26,152 nucleotides of DNA from a virus (taxonomy: Duplodnaviria > Caudoviricetes): the IMG/VR virus record IMGVR_UViG_3300026911_000003, positions 1 to 26,152 of that record; one strand, 5' to 3'. This document shows positions 1 through 7,653 of this stretch, one piece after another. Position 1 is the first letter of the stretch, and each line of letters begins with the position of its first letter. The translations under genes were made by a program, and so were the position numbers. A model generated the notes under the pieces. The model ran no database searches. It was not told the DNA's origin and saw nothing but the letters and a program-made list of their open reading frames with translations.

Positions 1-276
1 CGGCTGGCTTCGACCATCGCCATCCACGCGGACAACATGGACGAAGCGCAGCGGGCGGCGAACGTCAAGCTAATCTCCGATCACGTCGGTAAGGCCGTCG
101 ATCATAACCACGATCTCGATAAGGCAGACTTGTCGCACGCACAGGACATGCAGAAGGGCGATATTCAGCACGACCGGGCTGTTGAGACTGCGGATGCCGC
201 GCACGAGCGGTCGAAGGACATGGCGGCGCATTCGGCGAAGCTGGCGCCCAAACCAAAGAAAGCAGGTGAGAAGTGA
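1..276 (+). CDS. C-terminal end of a large protein, probably the portal (5'-truncated by the window)
   Basis: Frame 1 is open from base 1 (RLASTIAIHADNMDEAQ...KPKKAGEK*). The tail is low-complexity and His/Asp/Ala-rich. Its position just upstream of GroES/scaffold/capsid suggests portal (synteny inference). Confidence 0.5.
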   Translation, partial: RLASTIAIHADNMDEAQRAANVKLISDHVGKAVDHNHDLDKADLSHAQDMQKGDIQHDRAVETADAAHERSKDMAAHSAKLAPKPKKAGEK

Positions 277-425
277 CCGACAAGACTCAGAAGGTGGACC
301 CTAGCGTCCGCGAAACCGACCTGGAACTCAAAGGCGAGCCGCGCGGCTCGGTGCCGCTGTCGGTGACGATGCGCAAGCCGCAGGCTTATCAGAAATCCAA
401 GGCAATCACCGAAGGTGGCAAATGA
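273..425 (+). CDS. Small hypothetical protein (50 aa), not in ORF track
   Basis: GTG start overlaps the upstream TGA (GTGA). Reads MTDKTQKVDPSVRE...ITEGGK*. Its stop overlaps the next ATG (ATGA), so it is coupled at both ends. Confidence 0.65.
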   Translation: MTDKTQKVDPSVRETDLELKGEPRGSVPLSVTMRKPQAYQKSKAITEGGK

Positions 426-598
426 AGGGCATCAAGAATTGCGGCGAGTCCGAAAAGCGCACCGCTGCGGTTAAACAACAGTACTCGAATAAGAAGGGCT
501 ATGCGTCTGGCGGCCGCGTCTACACGGCAGGCGCGGAGTCGGGCGAAGGACGTAAGCAAAAGATCGCTGAGTACGGCGCGAACGCGAAAAAGAAGTGA
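422..598 (+). CDS. Small basic protein (58 aa) with YASGGRV motif, not in ORF track
   Basis: MKGIKNCGESEKRTAAVKQQYSNKKGYASGGRVYTAGAESGEGRKQKIAEYGANAKKK*; ATGA and GTGA overlaps on both sides. Confidence 0.75.
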   Translation: MKGIKNCGESEKRTAAVKQQYSNKKGYASGGRVYTAGAESGEGRKQKIAEYGANAKKK

Positions 599-789
599 CC
601 CTCGACTCCAAGCTTGTCCAAGCGCTCCACACCAAACTGGACGCCGAAGACGCCCGCGCCGTTGAAATTATGTCCGGCGGAAATTTGACGGATTGGGGAC
701 AGTATCAGCGTTCGGCCGGGTATCGCAAGGCGCTGGCCGATTGCAAGACGCTGCTGGATGAAACCTACAAAGAAATACTAGAGGAATAA
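595..789 (+). CDS. Small helical phage protein
   Basis: 64 aa with a coupled GTG start. Its end supplies GAGGA upstream of the GroES-like gene. Confidence 0.75.
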   Translation: MTLDSKLVQALHTKLDAEDARAVEIMSGGNLTDWGQYQRSAGYRKALADCKTLLDETYKEILEE

Positions 790-792
790 CGG

Positions 793-1209
793 ATGGCGAC
801 TGTTGCTGTACTTGAGAAGCTATCGAGGGCGAAGGATCAGAAGGCCGAGCTGATTAAGTCGGTTGGCGATCTTTCGAAGGTTGAGTTGATGGGCAACCGC
901 GTTTTGGTCGGGATCTACATCGAGCCCGAGAAGACCAGCGGCGGCATCATCCTTTCGACTGGCACGATCAAGGAAAGTCTTTGGCAGGGCACCGTTGGTC
1001 TCGTGCTGAAGAAGGGCAAGCAGGCTTTCAGGGACGACCCGCACAACAAGGTCCACTTCCACGGCGAGGATCTGAAGATCGGTGACTGGGTAGTGTTCCG
1101 CCCAGGCGACGCCCGCCGCGTTCAATTGAACGGCGTGGATTGCCGGATGGTCGAGGACACGCTGATCGACCTCGTGATTGATGATCCGAGCGTAATTACT
1201 CACCGGTAG
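793..1209 (+). CDS. groES: GroES/Cpn10-like co-chaperonin
   Basis: GNRVLV...EKTSGGIIL mobile-loop motif, G-x-V-L-x-x-G, and LKIGDWVVF are Cpn10 signatures. Confidence 0.88.
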   Translation: MATVAVLEKLSRAKDQKAELIKSVGDLSKVELMGNRVLVGIYIEPEKTSGGIILSTGTIKESLWQGTVGLVLKKGKQAFRDDPHNKVHFHGEDLKIGDWVVFRPGDARRVQLNGVDCRMVEDTLIDLVIDDPSVITHR

Positions 1210-1219
1210 AAGGCCGCGC

Positions 1220-1342
1220 ATGTCGCATCACGACAGGATAATGCTGGTGCTGTTGGGTGCGCCTTGGGTTGTCGTATTCTCACTTATGGCGGTTTCTTTA
1301 ATTAAGGATAGGATGAAAAATGGCGCCCGCACGCGCACTTAA
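1220..1342 (+). CDS. Putative 40-aa single-TM microprotein
   Basis: MSHHDRIMLVLLGAPWVVVFSLMAVSLIKDRMKNGARTRT*; GAAGG upstream; fills the GroES-scaffold gap. Confidence 0.45.
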   Translation: MSHHDRIMLVLLGAPWVVVFSLMAVSLIKDRMKNGARTRT

Positions 1343-2258
1343 GACCCAAGAGGAAATCGATTCGATCCCGCTAGATCAGGAGATCCTGATCGAACTGCCG
1401 GGCGGCGTATCATCGGATGATACCGCCCCGCCGGCAGAAGCGAAGCAACCCAAGGCCAAGCCCGCGGACGACGGGGCTAGGCAGCTTCAGGAGCAGCTTG
1501 AAGCCGCTCAGGCTGCAGCTCAGGCCAATGCCGACCGCGCGGCCAAAGCTGAGCGCGAAGCAATAGAAGCCCGCCGACAGGCTCAGGAGGCCCTGACACG
1601 CACGCAAGCGCTTGAGGGCGACCTTATCACGGGTGGCCTTGCGGCGGCCCAAGCCGAGCAGGCTGCGGCTGAGCAGGAGCTTGAGCGAGCAGGTGAGGCC
1701 GGCGACTACAAGGCGATGGCGAAAGCCCAGAGCCGTGTTGCCCGGGCTTCGGCTCAGATTGTCAATCTGGAATCCGGCGCGGCTGAGATCGCTGAGCGCA
1801 AGCCGGTCAAGGAGCCGGTTCAGGAACAGGCTCGACAGCAGCCGACCGACATCAATGTTGCGATAGACAGTGCGCCTAATCTCATGCCGGCCGAACGTGC
1901 CTGGCTCAAAGCTCATCCCGACGCGTTCATGCCGGGACCGCGAAACAACGAACTCAGCGTTGGTTACGAGCGCGCGATCAAGCAGGGGCTGACCCGCGGC
2001 ACCCAGCAGTACTTCGATTATCTCAACGAATTCATGGGCTACGCAAAGCCCGAGGAGCAGGAAAGGGACGTTAGCTTGCAGGCACCTCCGTCACGAAACG
2101 ATCGGGGCAATGATGGGCGCCCGACCGGAAATAAGGTCACATTGACCCCGGAAGAGCGGGCGATCGCGCAGAGCATGGGTCTGTCGGAAACGGCCTACGC
2201 TTTGAACAAGGTCAAGTTTGAGAATGCGCGTCGGGCGGATCCTGACAAATACCGATAG
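1320..2258 (+). CDS. Capsid scaffolding protein
   Basis: Acidic N-terminus, long A/E/Q coiled coil and C-terminal LTPEERAIAQSMGLSETAYA helix. It lies upstream of the capsid genes; SD AGGA. Confidence 0.72.
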   Translation: MAPARALKTQEEIDSIPLDQEILIELPGGVSSDDTAPPAEAKQPKAKPADDGARQLQEQLEAAQAAAQANADRAAKAEREAIEARRQAQEALTRTQALEGDLITGGLAAAQAEQAAAEQELERAGEAGDYKAMAKAQSRVARASAQIVNLESGAAEIAERKPVKEPVQEQARQQPTDINVAIDSAPNLMPAERAWLKAHPDAFMPGPRNNELSVGYERAIKQGLTRGTQQYFDYLNEFMGYAKPEEQERDVSLQAPPSRNDRGNDGRPTGNKVTLTPEERAIAQSMGLSETAYALNKVKFENARRADPDKYR

Positions 2259-2268
2259 GAGAGAGCAT

Positions 2269-2805
2269 ATGCCCCGCCATCCCGTTAGAGCTACCGCCAT
2301 TCGCGAAGAGGTCCAGCCTCAGGCCGTTCATGGCAAGACCCGTCTCCGCAAGAAAGCATCGCAGCGTTCGCTTCTTGATATCGACGCCAATGTTATCGAC
2401 AAGATCCGATACGACTACGGCGCCGACCTGCAGTGGGTGACGCACTCGGTTCATGGCAAGGAAGAAGCCGCCATGCGCCAGGATTTTGAGATTAACGGCT
2501 GGGAGCCGGTCGACAGCAAGATGTTCGACGGCGTTTTTGACGGAATGTTCACTCGCAAGGGGCATCAGGGCGAGATCCAGTACAACGGACTGGTGCTGAT
2601 GTGGCGTCCGTATGAGCTGACCGAGGAGGCGATGGCGGAAGACGCCCAGTCTCGCATGAACGCGATGGACTCGGTTCGCCAGATGATGACGTATGGCGAG
2701 ATCCCGGGCATCGGTTCGGGCTTTACCCGCAACCATCCTACGGCCCGGGCTGAGACAAAGTTCAATCGAACGATCCGCCCACCCATGGAAATACCCAAAG
2801 ACTAA
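2269..2805 (+). CDS. Conserved head-module protein (start revised to ATG 2269)
   Basis: AGGAG at 2257-2261 precedes ATG CCC CGC. Contains the LQWV...NGWEPV...GLVLMWRP pattern of genes between scaffold and capsid in such podoviruses. Confidence 0.75.
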   Translation: MPRHPVRATAIREEVQPQAVHGKTRLRKKASQRSLLDIDANVIDKIRYDYGADLQWVTHSVHGKEEAAMRQDFEINGWEPVDSKMFDGVFDGMFTRKGHQGEIQYNGLVLMWRPYELTEEAMAEDAQSRMNAMDSVRQMMTYGEIPGIGSGFTRNHPTARAETKFNRTIRPPMEIPKD

Positions 2806-2806
2806 C

Positions 2807-3004
2807 ATGCGCCGGTTACTGGATTGGGAGCGGGCTGCGATCGTCGAGGCGGTCAAAGCCAAGGAAAAGCTTGAATCCATCTGTTCAGAATTCAACGTGT
2901 GCCACTCATACCCAGGAATGCTTGCCAAGCGTCGGGGGATAGAATCCCGCCCGCTTGGTCGTCCTAAAAGTCCACAACTCAACAAACCCGTGTTAACAGA
3001 ATGA
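2807..3004 (+). CDS. Small helix-turn-helix DNA-binding protein (65 aa)
   Basis: MRRLLDWERAAIVEAVKAKEKLESICSEFNVCHSYPGMLAKRRGIESRPLGRPK: tri-helical HTH-like pattern plus a GRPK arm. ATG lies 1 nt after the upstream stop. Confidence 0.55.
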   Translation: MRRLLDWERAAIVEAVKAKEKLESICSEFNVCHSYPGMLAKRRGIESRPLGRPKSPQLNKPVLTE

Positions 3005-3012
3005 TAAATCTC

Positions 3013-3090
3013 GGACAGCGCGCCGTTGTCCTTTTCGCTCCGATTGCGAGGTTCGCAAGATGGGGTTGGCAAAAGGACTGACCGTTGTCT
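3013..3090 (+). promoter_or_regulatory. Structured 5' leader with alternative pairings over the HNH RBS and start codon
   Basis: GGACAGCG (3013-20) pairs with CGTTGTCC (3024-31) or CGTTGTCT (3083-90). GTCCTTTT (3028-35) pairs with AAAAGGAC (3071-78). Inner hairpin TTGCGA/TCGCAA (3044-58). Confidence 0.6.
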
Positions 3091-3603
3091 GGTATCAGCA
3101 CCAGCAAACAAGAGGATCTGAAGCACGAGCGATTGCTCGAATTGCTTTCGTATGATCCGTTGTCTGGCGATTTCACGGCCTTAGTTGACCGCGGACCTAA
3201 AGTCCGCGCTGGTGAAGTCGTTGGCGGGACGTCTCATGAGCGTGGTTACCGTCAAATCAGGATCGACTATCAGATCTATTTGGCCCATCGGCTGGCATGG
3301 TTTTACAGCTTTAAAGAGTGGCCCGAGGTCGAAGTTGATCACATTGACGGTGACACCGGAAATAATCGCCTTGCAAATCTGAGGCTCGCTACGCGCCAGC
3401 AGAATCGCTGGAACTACCCGGCCAAAGCTCGCAAGGGCGGTATTCTTCGTAATATTCGCTTCAAGGACAATCGCCCCCACGTGATGTTCGCCAAGGGCAA
3501 CCAGCGAATTTATCACAAGGCGTTCCCGACAATTTGCGCGGCTATCAAAGAACGAAACCGTATCGCCCAAGAGCTTTACGGCCAGTTCAACCGCGCCGCT
3601 TAA
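3085..3603 (+). CDS. Free-standing HNH homing endonuclease (HNH_3 type, AP2-like C-terminus)
   Basis: HRLAW...VDHIDGDTGNNRLANLRLATRQQN core; C-terminal FPTICAAIKERNRIAQELYGQF; TTG start after AAGGA. Confidence 0.88.
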   Translation: MSGISTSKQEDLKHERLLELLSYDPLSGDFTALVDRGPKVRAGEVVGGTSHERGYRQIRIDYQIYLAHRLAWFYSFKEWPEVEVDHIDGDTGNNRLANLRLATRQQNRWNYPAKARKGGILRNIRFKDNRPHVMFAKGNQRIYHKAFPTICAAIKERNRIAQELYGQFNRAA

Positions 3604-3618
3604 CCAGGAGTTACGAAC

Positions 3619-4215
3619 ATTTCGAACGTTAACGCGCCTAACGGCTTTCAGTACTTCGGCCGCCTCGAAGGTGGCGCGCCCACTGCCGGCCTTACCCAGC
3701 GACTTATTTCTAGCGGTGATACCAACGCGGTCGGTTATGGCGACTGCGTCATTCCGCTTGCATCGGGCTACGTGCAGATTGCACCTAACGCCGGCACCAC
3801 TCAAATCGCGGGTGTCTTCTATGGCTGCGAGTATCTTTCGACCGCTCTTGGCAAGGTTGTGTGGTCGAACTTCTATCCTGGCTCTGGAGCGGGAGCCGAT
3901 GTCAAAGCCTACCTGTGCACCGATCCCGAGGCGACATTCATTGTTCAGTCGGACAACACCGCGATCGTGATGGGCAACATCGGAAACAACGTCAACATCG
4001 TTAGCGGCACGGTCAACACTGTGACCGGCATGTCCACGGCTGCGATCGGTCAGTCCACCATCTCGACCACGCCGACCACTCTGCCGTTCCGTATTGTCGG
4101 GTTGCTCTCGCAGTCGGCTGCGCCTGGCACGAATGGGACTGACAATGCGAATCCGTTCAATCGCATCATTGTTACGGCTAACAACTGGGATCGTAAGTCC
4201 CTTACCGGTATTTAA
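3619..4215 (+). CDS. Capsid-associated (decoration/cement-like) protein, probable ATT start
   Basis: The frame is open well upstream of the track start (3772): ATT TCG AAC GTT AAC GCG CCT AAC GGC TTT = (M)SNVNAPNGFQYFG. AGGAG lies 8 nt before the ATT. No ATG/GTG/TTG is in frame between 3604 and 3771. Confidence 0.75.
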   Translation: MSNVNAPNGFQYFGRLEGGAPTAGLTQRLISSGDTNAVGYGDCVIPLASGYVQIAPNAGTTQIAGVFYGCEYLSTALGKVVWSNFYPGSGAGADVKAYLCTDPEATFIVQSDNTAIVMGNIGNNVNIVSGTVNTVTGMSTAAIGQSTISTTPTTLPFRIVGLLSQSAAPGTNGTDNANPFNRIIVTANNWDRKSLTGI

Positions 4216-4244
4216 GGAAGGGATACGTCATGTATCTCTCCCCG

Positions 4245-5189
4245 TCATTTCCTAGCTTTGCGCTGCTTCGGCAGAGCAGCAAGGATTTCGGCTGGGCTTT
4301 TGCCGGACGCGCCAGCCGCAAGGATGGCTTCGATCGTGCTGGCGTTGACCACAAGTCGGCGTCGGTCGAACCAGTCTTGAACGTTGCCTTCATTCGTCGT
4401 CCATTCCAGGTTGTCAAATCTGGGGTTGGATTTGTCTTCATCTTTGTGATGGACAATGGGAAGTCCAAGTGGATTGGGAACAAACGCCTCAGCGACCAAT
4501 CTGTGTATCAAAAAGGTCTTGGATTTACCGGTCTTAGCAAGTTCGGTCTTGGGATAGTCGTTAACAGATCCAAGCGCCATGATGCGGGGGCGGTTGTAGC
4601 GGCGCTTGACGCCGTTGACGTACCAACCAACGCTTTTGACGCGACCGAGATTGCTAATTTCGTAGAGCCCTTCGTAATTCTTGATCGGGAGCCACTCTTC
4701 TCCCGGCTGACTAAGGCCGTCTTCCAGCGGAGCAACGATCTCTGGGAAGATGTTCTCTGCCATGGCCTCAACGTAAAGTTTGCGTTGCCGACCTTCGATG
4801 AAAAGACCGGCGACGATGTATCCATTGTTTCGGGAAAGTTTCAGGACGCGCGTGCGAATGCTGCGAACGAACTTTCCAGTGTCTCGAAACTCTCGACCGA
4901 TGCTTCTAACGCGGAGCTTGTTCGAGATTTCGTAGAGACCATTCGTCTCCGGAACTTCTTTCCAAATCTCGCCCGGCAAATTGAGTTCTTCTTGCTCAAT
5001 TTCGGGGAAAAGGGATTTAGCAAGATGCGTCGCGCGCACACCAATTGGTGCTCCGCTTCCGGAAAACAGGCGGACCCTTCCGTTGTCATCGGCAAGAATT
5101 TTTCCATCCGCGATACGTCGCACTCGAAACAGATTGGAGACTTCGTACCGAGCTTCGTAACCGGGAACGGTAAGCCATTTCTCATCCAT
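4245..5189 (-). CDS. NUMOD4-HNH homing endonuclease with three NUMOD4 repeats
   Basis: Three ExW...YE(V/I)SNxxRV(R/K) repeats, then IHRLVAEAFVPNP...VHHKDEDKSNPRFDNLEW; AGGAG SD on the minus strand. Confidence 0.9.
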   Translation of the reverse strand: MDEKWLTVPGYEARYEVSNLFRVRRIADGKILADDNGRVRLFSGSGAPIGVRATHLAKSLFPEIEQEELNLPGEIWKEVPETNGLYEISNKLRVRSIGREFRDTGKFVRSIRTRVLKLSRNNGYIVAGLFIEGRQRKLYVEAMAENIFPEIVAPLEDGLSQPGEEWLPIKNYEGLYEISNLGRVKSVGWYVNGVKRRYNRPRIMALGSVNDYPKTELAKTGKSKTFLIHRLVAEAFVPNPLGLPIVHHKDEDKSNPRFDNLEWTTNEGNVQDWFDRRRLVVNASTIEAILAAGASGKSPAEILAALPKQRKARK

Positions 5190-5232
5190 GCAAAAGCTCC
5201 TAGCTGCCTATTGCTTGCCATAAAGCAGTATC

Positions 5233-5261
5233 TGTCTAAGGCATTTGCTAATTTAAGTCAA
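5233..5261 (-). promoter_or_regulatory. Putative sigma70-type promoter for the NUMOD4-HNH gene
   Basis: Minus strand reads TTGACT-N17-TAGACA, about 45 nt upstream of the ATG, in an AT-rich intergenic stretch. Confidence 0.5.
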
Positions 5262-5299
5262 CTGGCGGTTATACCGAGCCAAAACATGGAGTTACGACG

Positions 5300-6214
5300 T
5301 TGCCAATCAGCTTAAGCGCTGCGAGAAATTTGCTCTTGCCTGGCCAGTGGGCCATCACCGGCATGTACGACCAGCTTCCGAACGTCCGGAAGCGCGTCTT
5401 CAAAGAGCGCAAGTCCAATATGGCGCTCGAGCAGTCGACCAGCATGCGTTATCTGGCGACCGCCTTCATCAAGCAGGAAGGCGCGCCGACCACTGCCGAC
5501 AACGCTTCGGGTCAGCGCTATACCTACAACCAGACCCACAACGAGTTTGGTGTCATGTTCAGCATGACCCGCAAGTTGCTGGACGACAACCTCTACAAGG
5601 CCGAGTTTGGCCCGATGGTCATGGGCATGAGCAATGCCTTCAACCGCACCAACGAAGCCTTTGCGGCTGACGTTCTGAACAACGCGACCGTCTACAACAA
5701 CGCGCTTGGTGGCGATGGTGTGGCTCTTGCCGCGACCAACCATCCGGTTGATGGTGGTACGTTCTCGAACCTGGCGGCGCCGGCTGCATCTCTGAACGAG
5801 ACCTCGCTGCTCAATGCCCAGGTGGCGATCAACGCGAACTTCCGCGACAACGCCAACCAGCGTATGAACGCGAAGCCGCGGCAGTTGATCATCCCGCCGC
5901 AGCTCGAGCCCGTCGCCATCCGCTTGCTCAAGACCGAGCTTCGTCCGGGCACCGGCGACAACGACGTCAACGCGATCCTGTCGACCCAGGGCGGCATTCC
6001 GCAGGGCTACGTGGTCTGGAACTATCTGACCTCGGCATTCGCCTGGTTCCTGCAGACCGATCAGGACGGCTTGGTTTACATGAACCGCACGCCGTATGAA
6101 ACCGACATGAGCGTGGATTTCAGTACCGATTCGCTCCTCGTCAAGGGTTACGAGCGGAACAGTTACAACTATAATGAGCCGCGCTGCATCTACGTCAGCA
6201 ACCCGACCTCGTAA
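5300..6214 (+). CDS. Major capsid protein (HK97 fold)
   Basis: 304 aa with strong codon bias. Motifs KQEG, GGDGVAL...HP, PRQLIIPPQL, NDVNAI, YLTSAFAWF and KGYER are typical of podoviral MCPs. TTG start after GGAG. Confidence 0.9.
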   Translation: MPISLSAARNLLLPGQWAITGMYDQLPNVRKRVFKERKSNMALEQSTSMRYLATAFIKQEGAPTTADNASGQRYTYNQTHNEFGVMFSMTRKLLDDNLYKAEFGPMVMGMSNAFNRTNEAFAADVLNNATVYNNALGGDGVALAATNHPVDGGTFSNLAAPAASLNETSLLNAQVAINANFRDNANQRMNAKPRQLIIPPQLEPVAIRLLKTELRPGTGDNDVNAILSTQGGIPQGYVVWNYLTSAFAWFLQTDQDGLVYMNRTPYETDMSVDFSTDSLLVKGYERNSYNYNEPRCIYVSNPTS

Positions 6215-6225
6215 GGAGAAGGTGC

Positions 6226-6663
6226 ATGACGACGATTGTCAGTCCCGCCTCGTCCCCCGTACCGGTCTATAACCGGTCGGGGACCACGATCGCGGGAGTT
6301 GCGGGCGGTGCGGTTTCTGGCGCATCTCCGGTTGGCAACGACGGGACTCCTATTCCTAGGGTCTCTGGAGAAACAATCGCCATCGTTGGCGCCCTTCCTA
6401 CGGGATCCTCTGATGGAGTTGTAGTTCTTCCTGACGACGCTGAAGTTGGTGACAAGGTAGAAGTTTACAGTGCCGCGCTGGGAAGTGGGAAGGTGTTTGT
6501 TTTCCCGCCCGTTGGCGGCAGTATTGCAGCACTGCCTGCAAGCACCGGGACCGACAGCGCGTCTTACGTAGTAGTGAGCAGCCATCCTAATCAGAGTGGT
6601 GGTTCTGGCGCCATCTTTCGCCTGGTCTCTGCCACACAGTGGCAGGTGATCGTGGGCAGCTAA
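6226..6663 (+). CDS. Putative head fibre/decoration protein
   Basis: Strong SD TAAGGAG; G/S/V/P-rich beta protein with VVLP...GDKVEV...VFPPVGGSI; directly after the MCP. Confidence 0.5.
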   Translation: MTTIVSPASSPVPVYNRSGTTIAGVAGGAVSGASPVGNDGTPIPRVSGETIAIVGALPTGSSDGVVVLPDDAEVGDKVEVYSAALGSGKVFVFPPVGGSIAALPASTGTDSASYVVVSSHPNQSGGSGAIFRLVSATQWQVIVGS

Positions 6664-6673
6664 GGCAAAAAAA

Positions 6674-7384
6674 ATGTACGGCTACACTGCAACCCATCAT
6701 CCTCGTGGCATTGGCACTGCTGCCGTGGGTTCGGTTCTAGCGGGGTCGTTCCCCGCTCCGGACCCATTTATCATTCACCAGTACACGAATGATTTCGACA
6801 CCTTCGATTCGGCCACTGGCGGCGACTGGACTGTTACCGGCACCGGCACGAACGCTCTGGTTGCCGGCGACGGCGGCTTGTTGGCTTCGGTCAACAGCGC
6901 CGCTCTGAACGATGTCACCTGTATTTCTCTGAAGGTCGCGACCTTTGCTCTGGTGGCCGGCAATGAAGCATGGATGAAAGTTCGGTTCAAGGTTTCGAGC
7001 GCAGCCAACACTGCGGCGATCATTGGCTTGACCAATCTGACCACCAATCCGTTCGGCACCGCGCCGACTGACGGTCTGTACTTCTCGACCGTGGCTAGCC
7101 AGCCTACCCTGACGCTGAAGTCGGCGAACACGTCTGTCACCACGACCGCAACTCCGGTTGCAACCCTGGCCGACAATACATTCTTGAACGTTGGCTTTCA
7201 TTACGATGGCGTGTCGACGGTCGCGTATTATGTCAACAACAATCGAATTGGTTCGTTTGCCCCGAACCTGACGACCGCCAACCTGGCGCTGACTTTTGCG
7301 GAACAGAACGGCACGGCTGCCGCTGTCACGACCACGATCGATTATGTGACCGTGGCTACCCAACGCCCCTCAACCGCTCTCTAA
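6674..7384 (+). CDS. Virion beta-sandwich (ConA/LamG-like) protein
   Basis: Thr/Ala-rich. The NDFD, GFHYDG...YYVNN and terminal IDYV pattern is typical of lectin-like jelly rolls. Confidence 0.6.
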   Translation: MYGYTATHHPRGIGTAAVGSVLAGSFPAPDPFIIHQYTNDFDTFDSATGGDWTVTGTGTNALVAGDGGLLASVNSAALNDVTCISLKVATFALVAGNEAWMKVRFKVSSAANTAAIIGLTNLTTNPFGTAPTDGLYFSTVASQPTLTLKSANTSVTTTATPVATLADNTFLNVGFHYDGVSTVAYYVNNNRIGSFAPNLTTANLALTFAEQNGTAAAVTTTIDYVTVATQRPSTAL

Positions 7385-7395
7385 GGACTTAAACA

Positions 7396-7653
7396 ATGTC
7401 GAAGATTCGTCATAAGATGAAGAAGGCCGATGGCGGCGGTGTTTTCTATGCCGGCTCTGGCTCGAACGTTGCCAAGGAAGCCGAGAAGAAAAAGCACGGC
7501 GGTAAGGTTGTAGAAAAACCTGAAGGCGGCAAGCCCAAAGCGCGCATGGACAAGCGTCCGCGTCGCGCTGCCGGCGGCCGTGTCGGCTCGGACAAAAGCC
7601 CCTTTAGCTCGGCGGCCCGTCCGTCGATCACTGGCGAAGCTTCGAAGCCGTAA
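7396..7653 (+). CDS. Small highly basic protein with three xxGGxV motifs (candidate internal head protein)
   Basis: KADGGGV, KKHGGKV and RAAGGRV; very Lys/Arg-rich; SD TAAGGA. Confidence 0.75.
   Translation: MSKIRHKMKKADGGGVFYAGSGSNVAKEAEKKKHGGKVVEKPEGGKPKARMDKRPRRAAGGRVGSDKSPFSSAARPSITGEASKP

Noticed and set aside
2693-2806. Track starts at 2218, 2693, 3772, 8901 and 24068
   Set aside because: Better SD-supported or coupled starts exist at 2269, 2807, 3619, 8949 and 24128.
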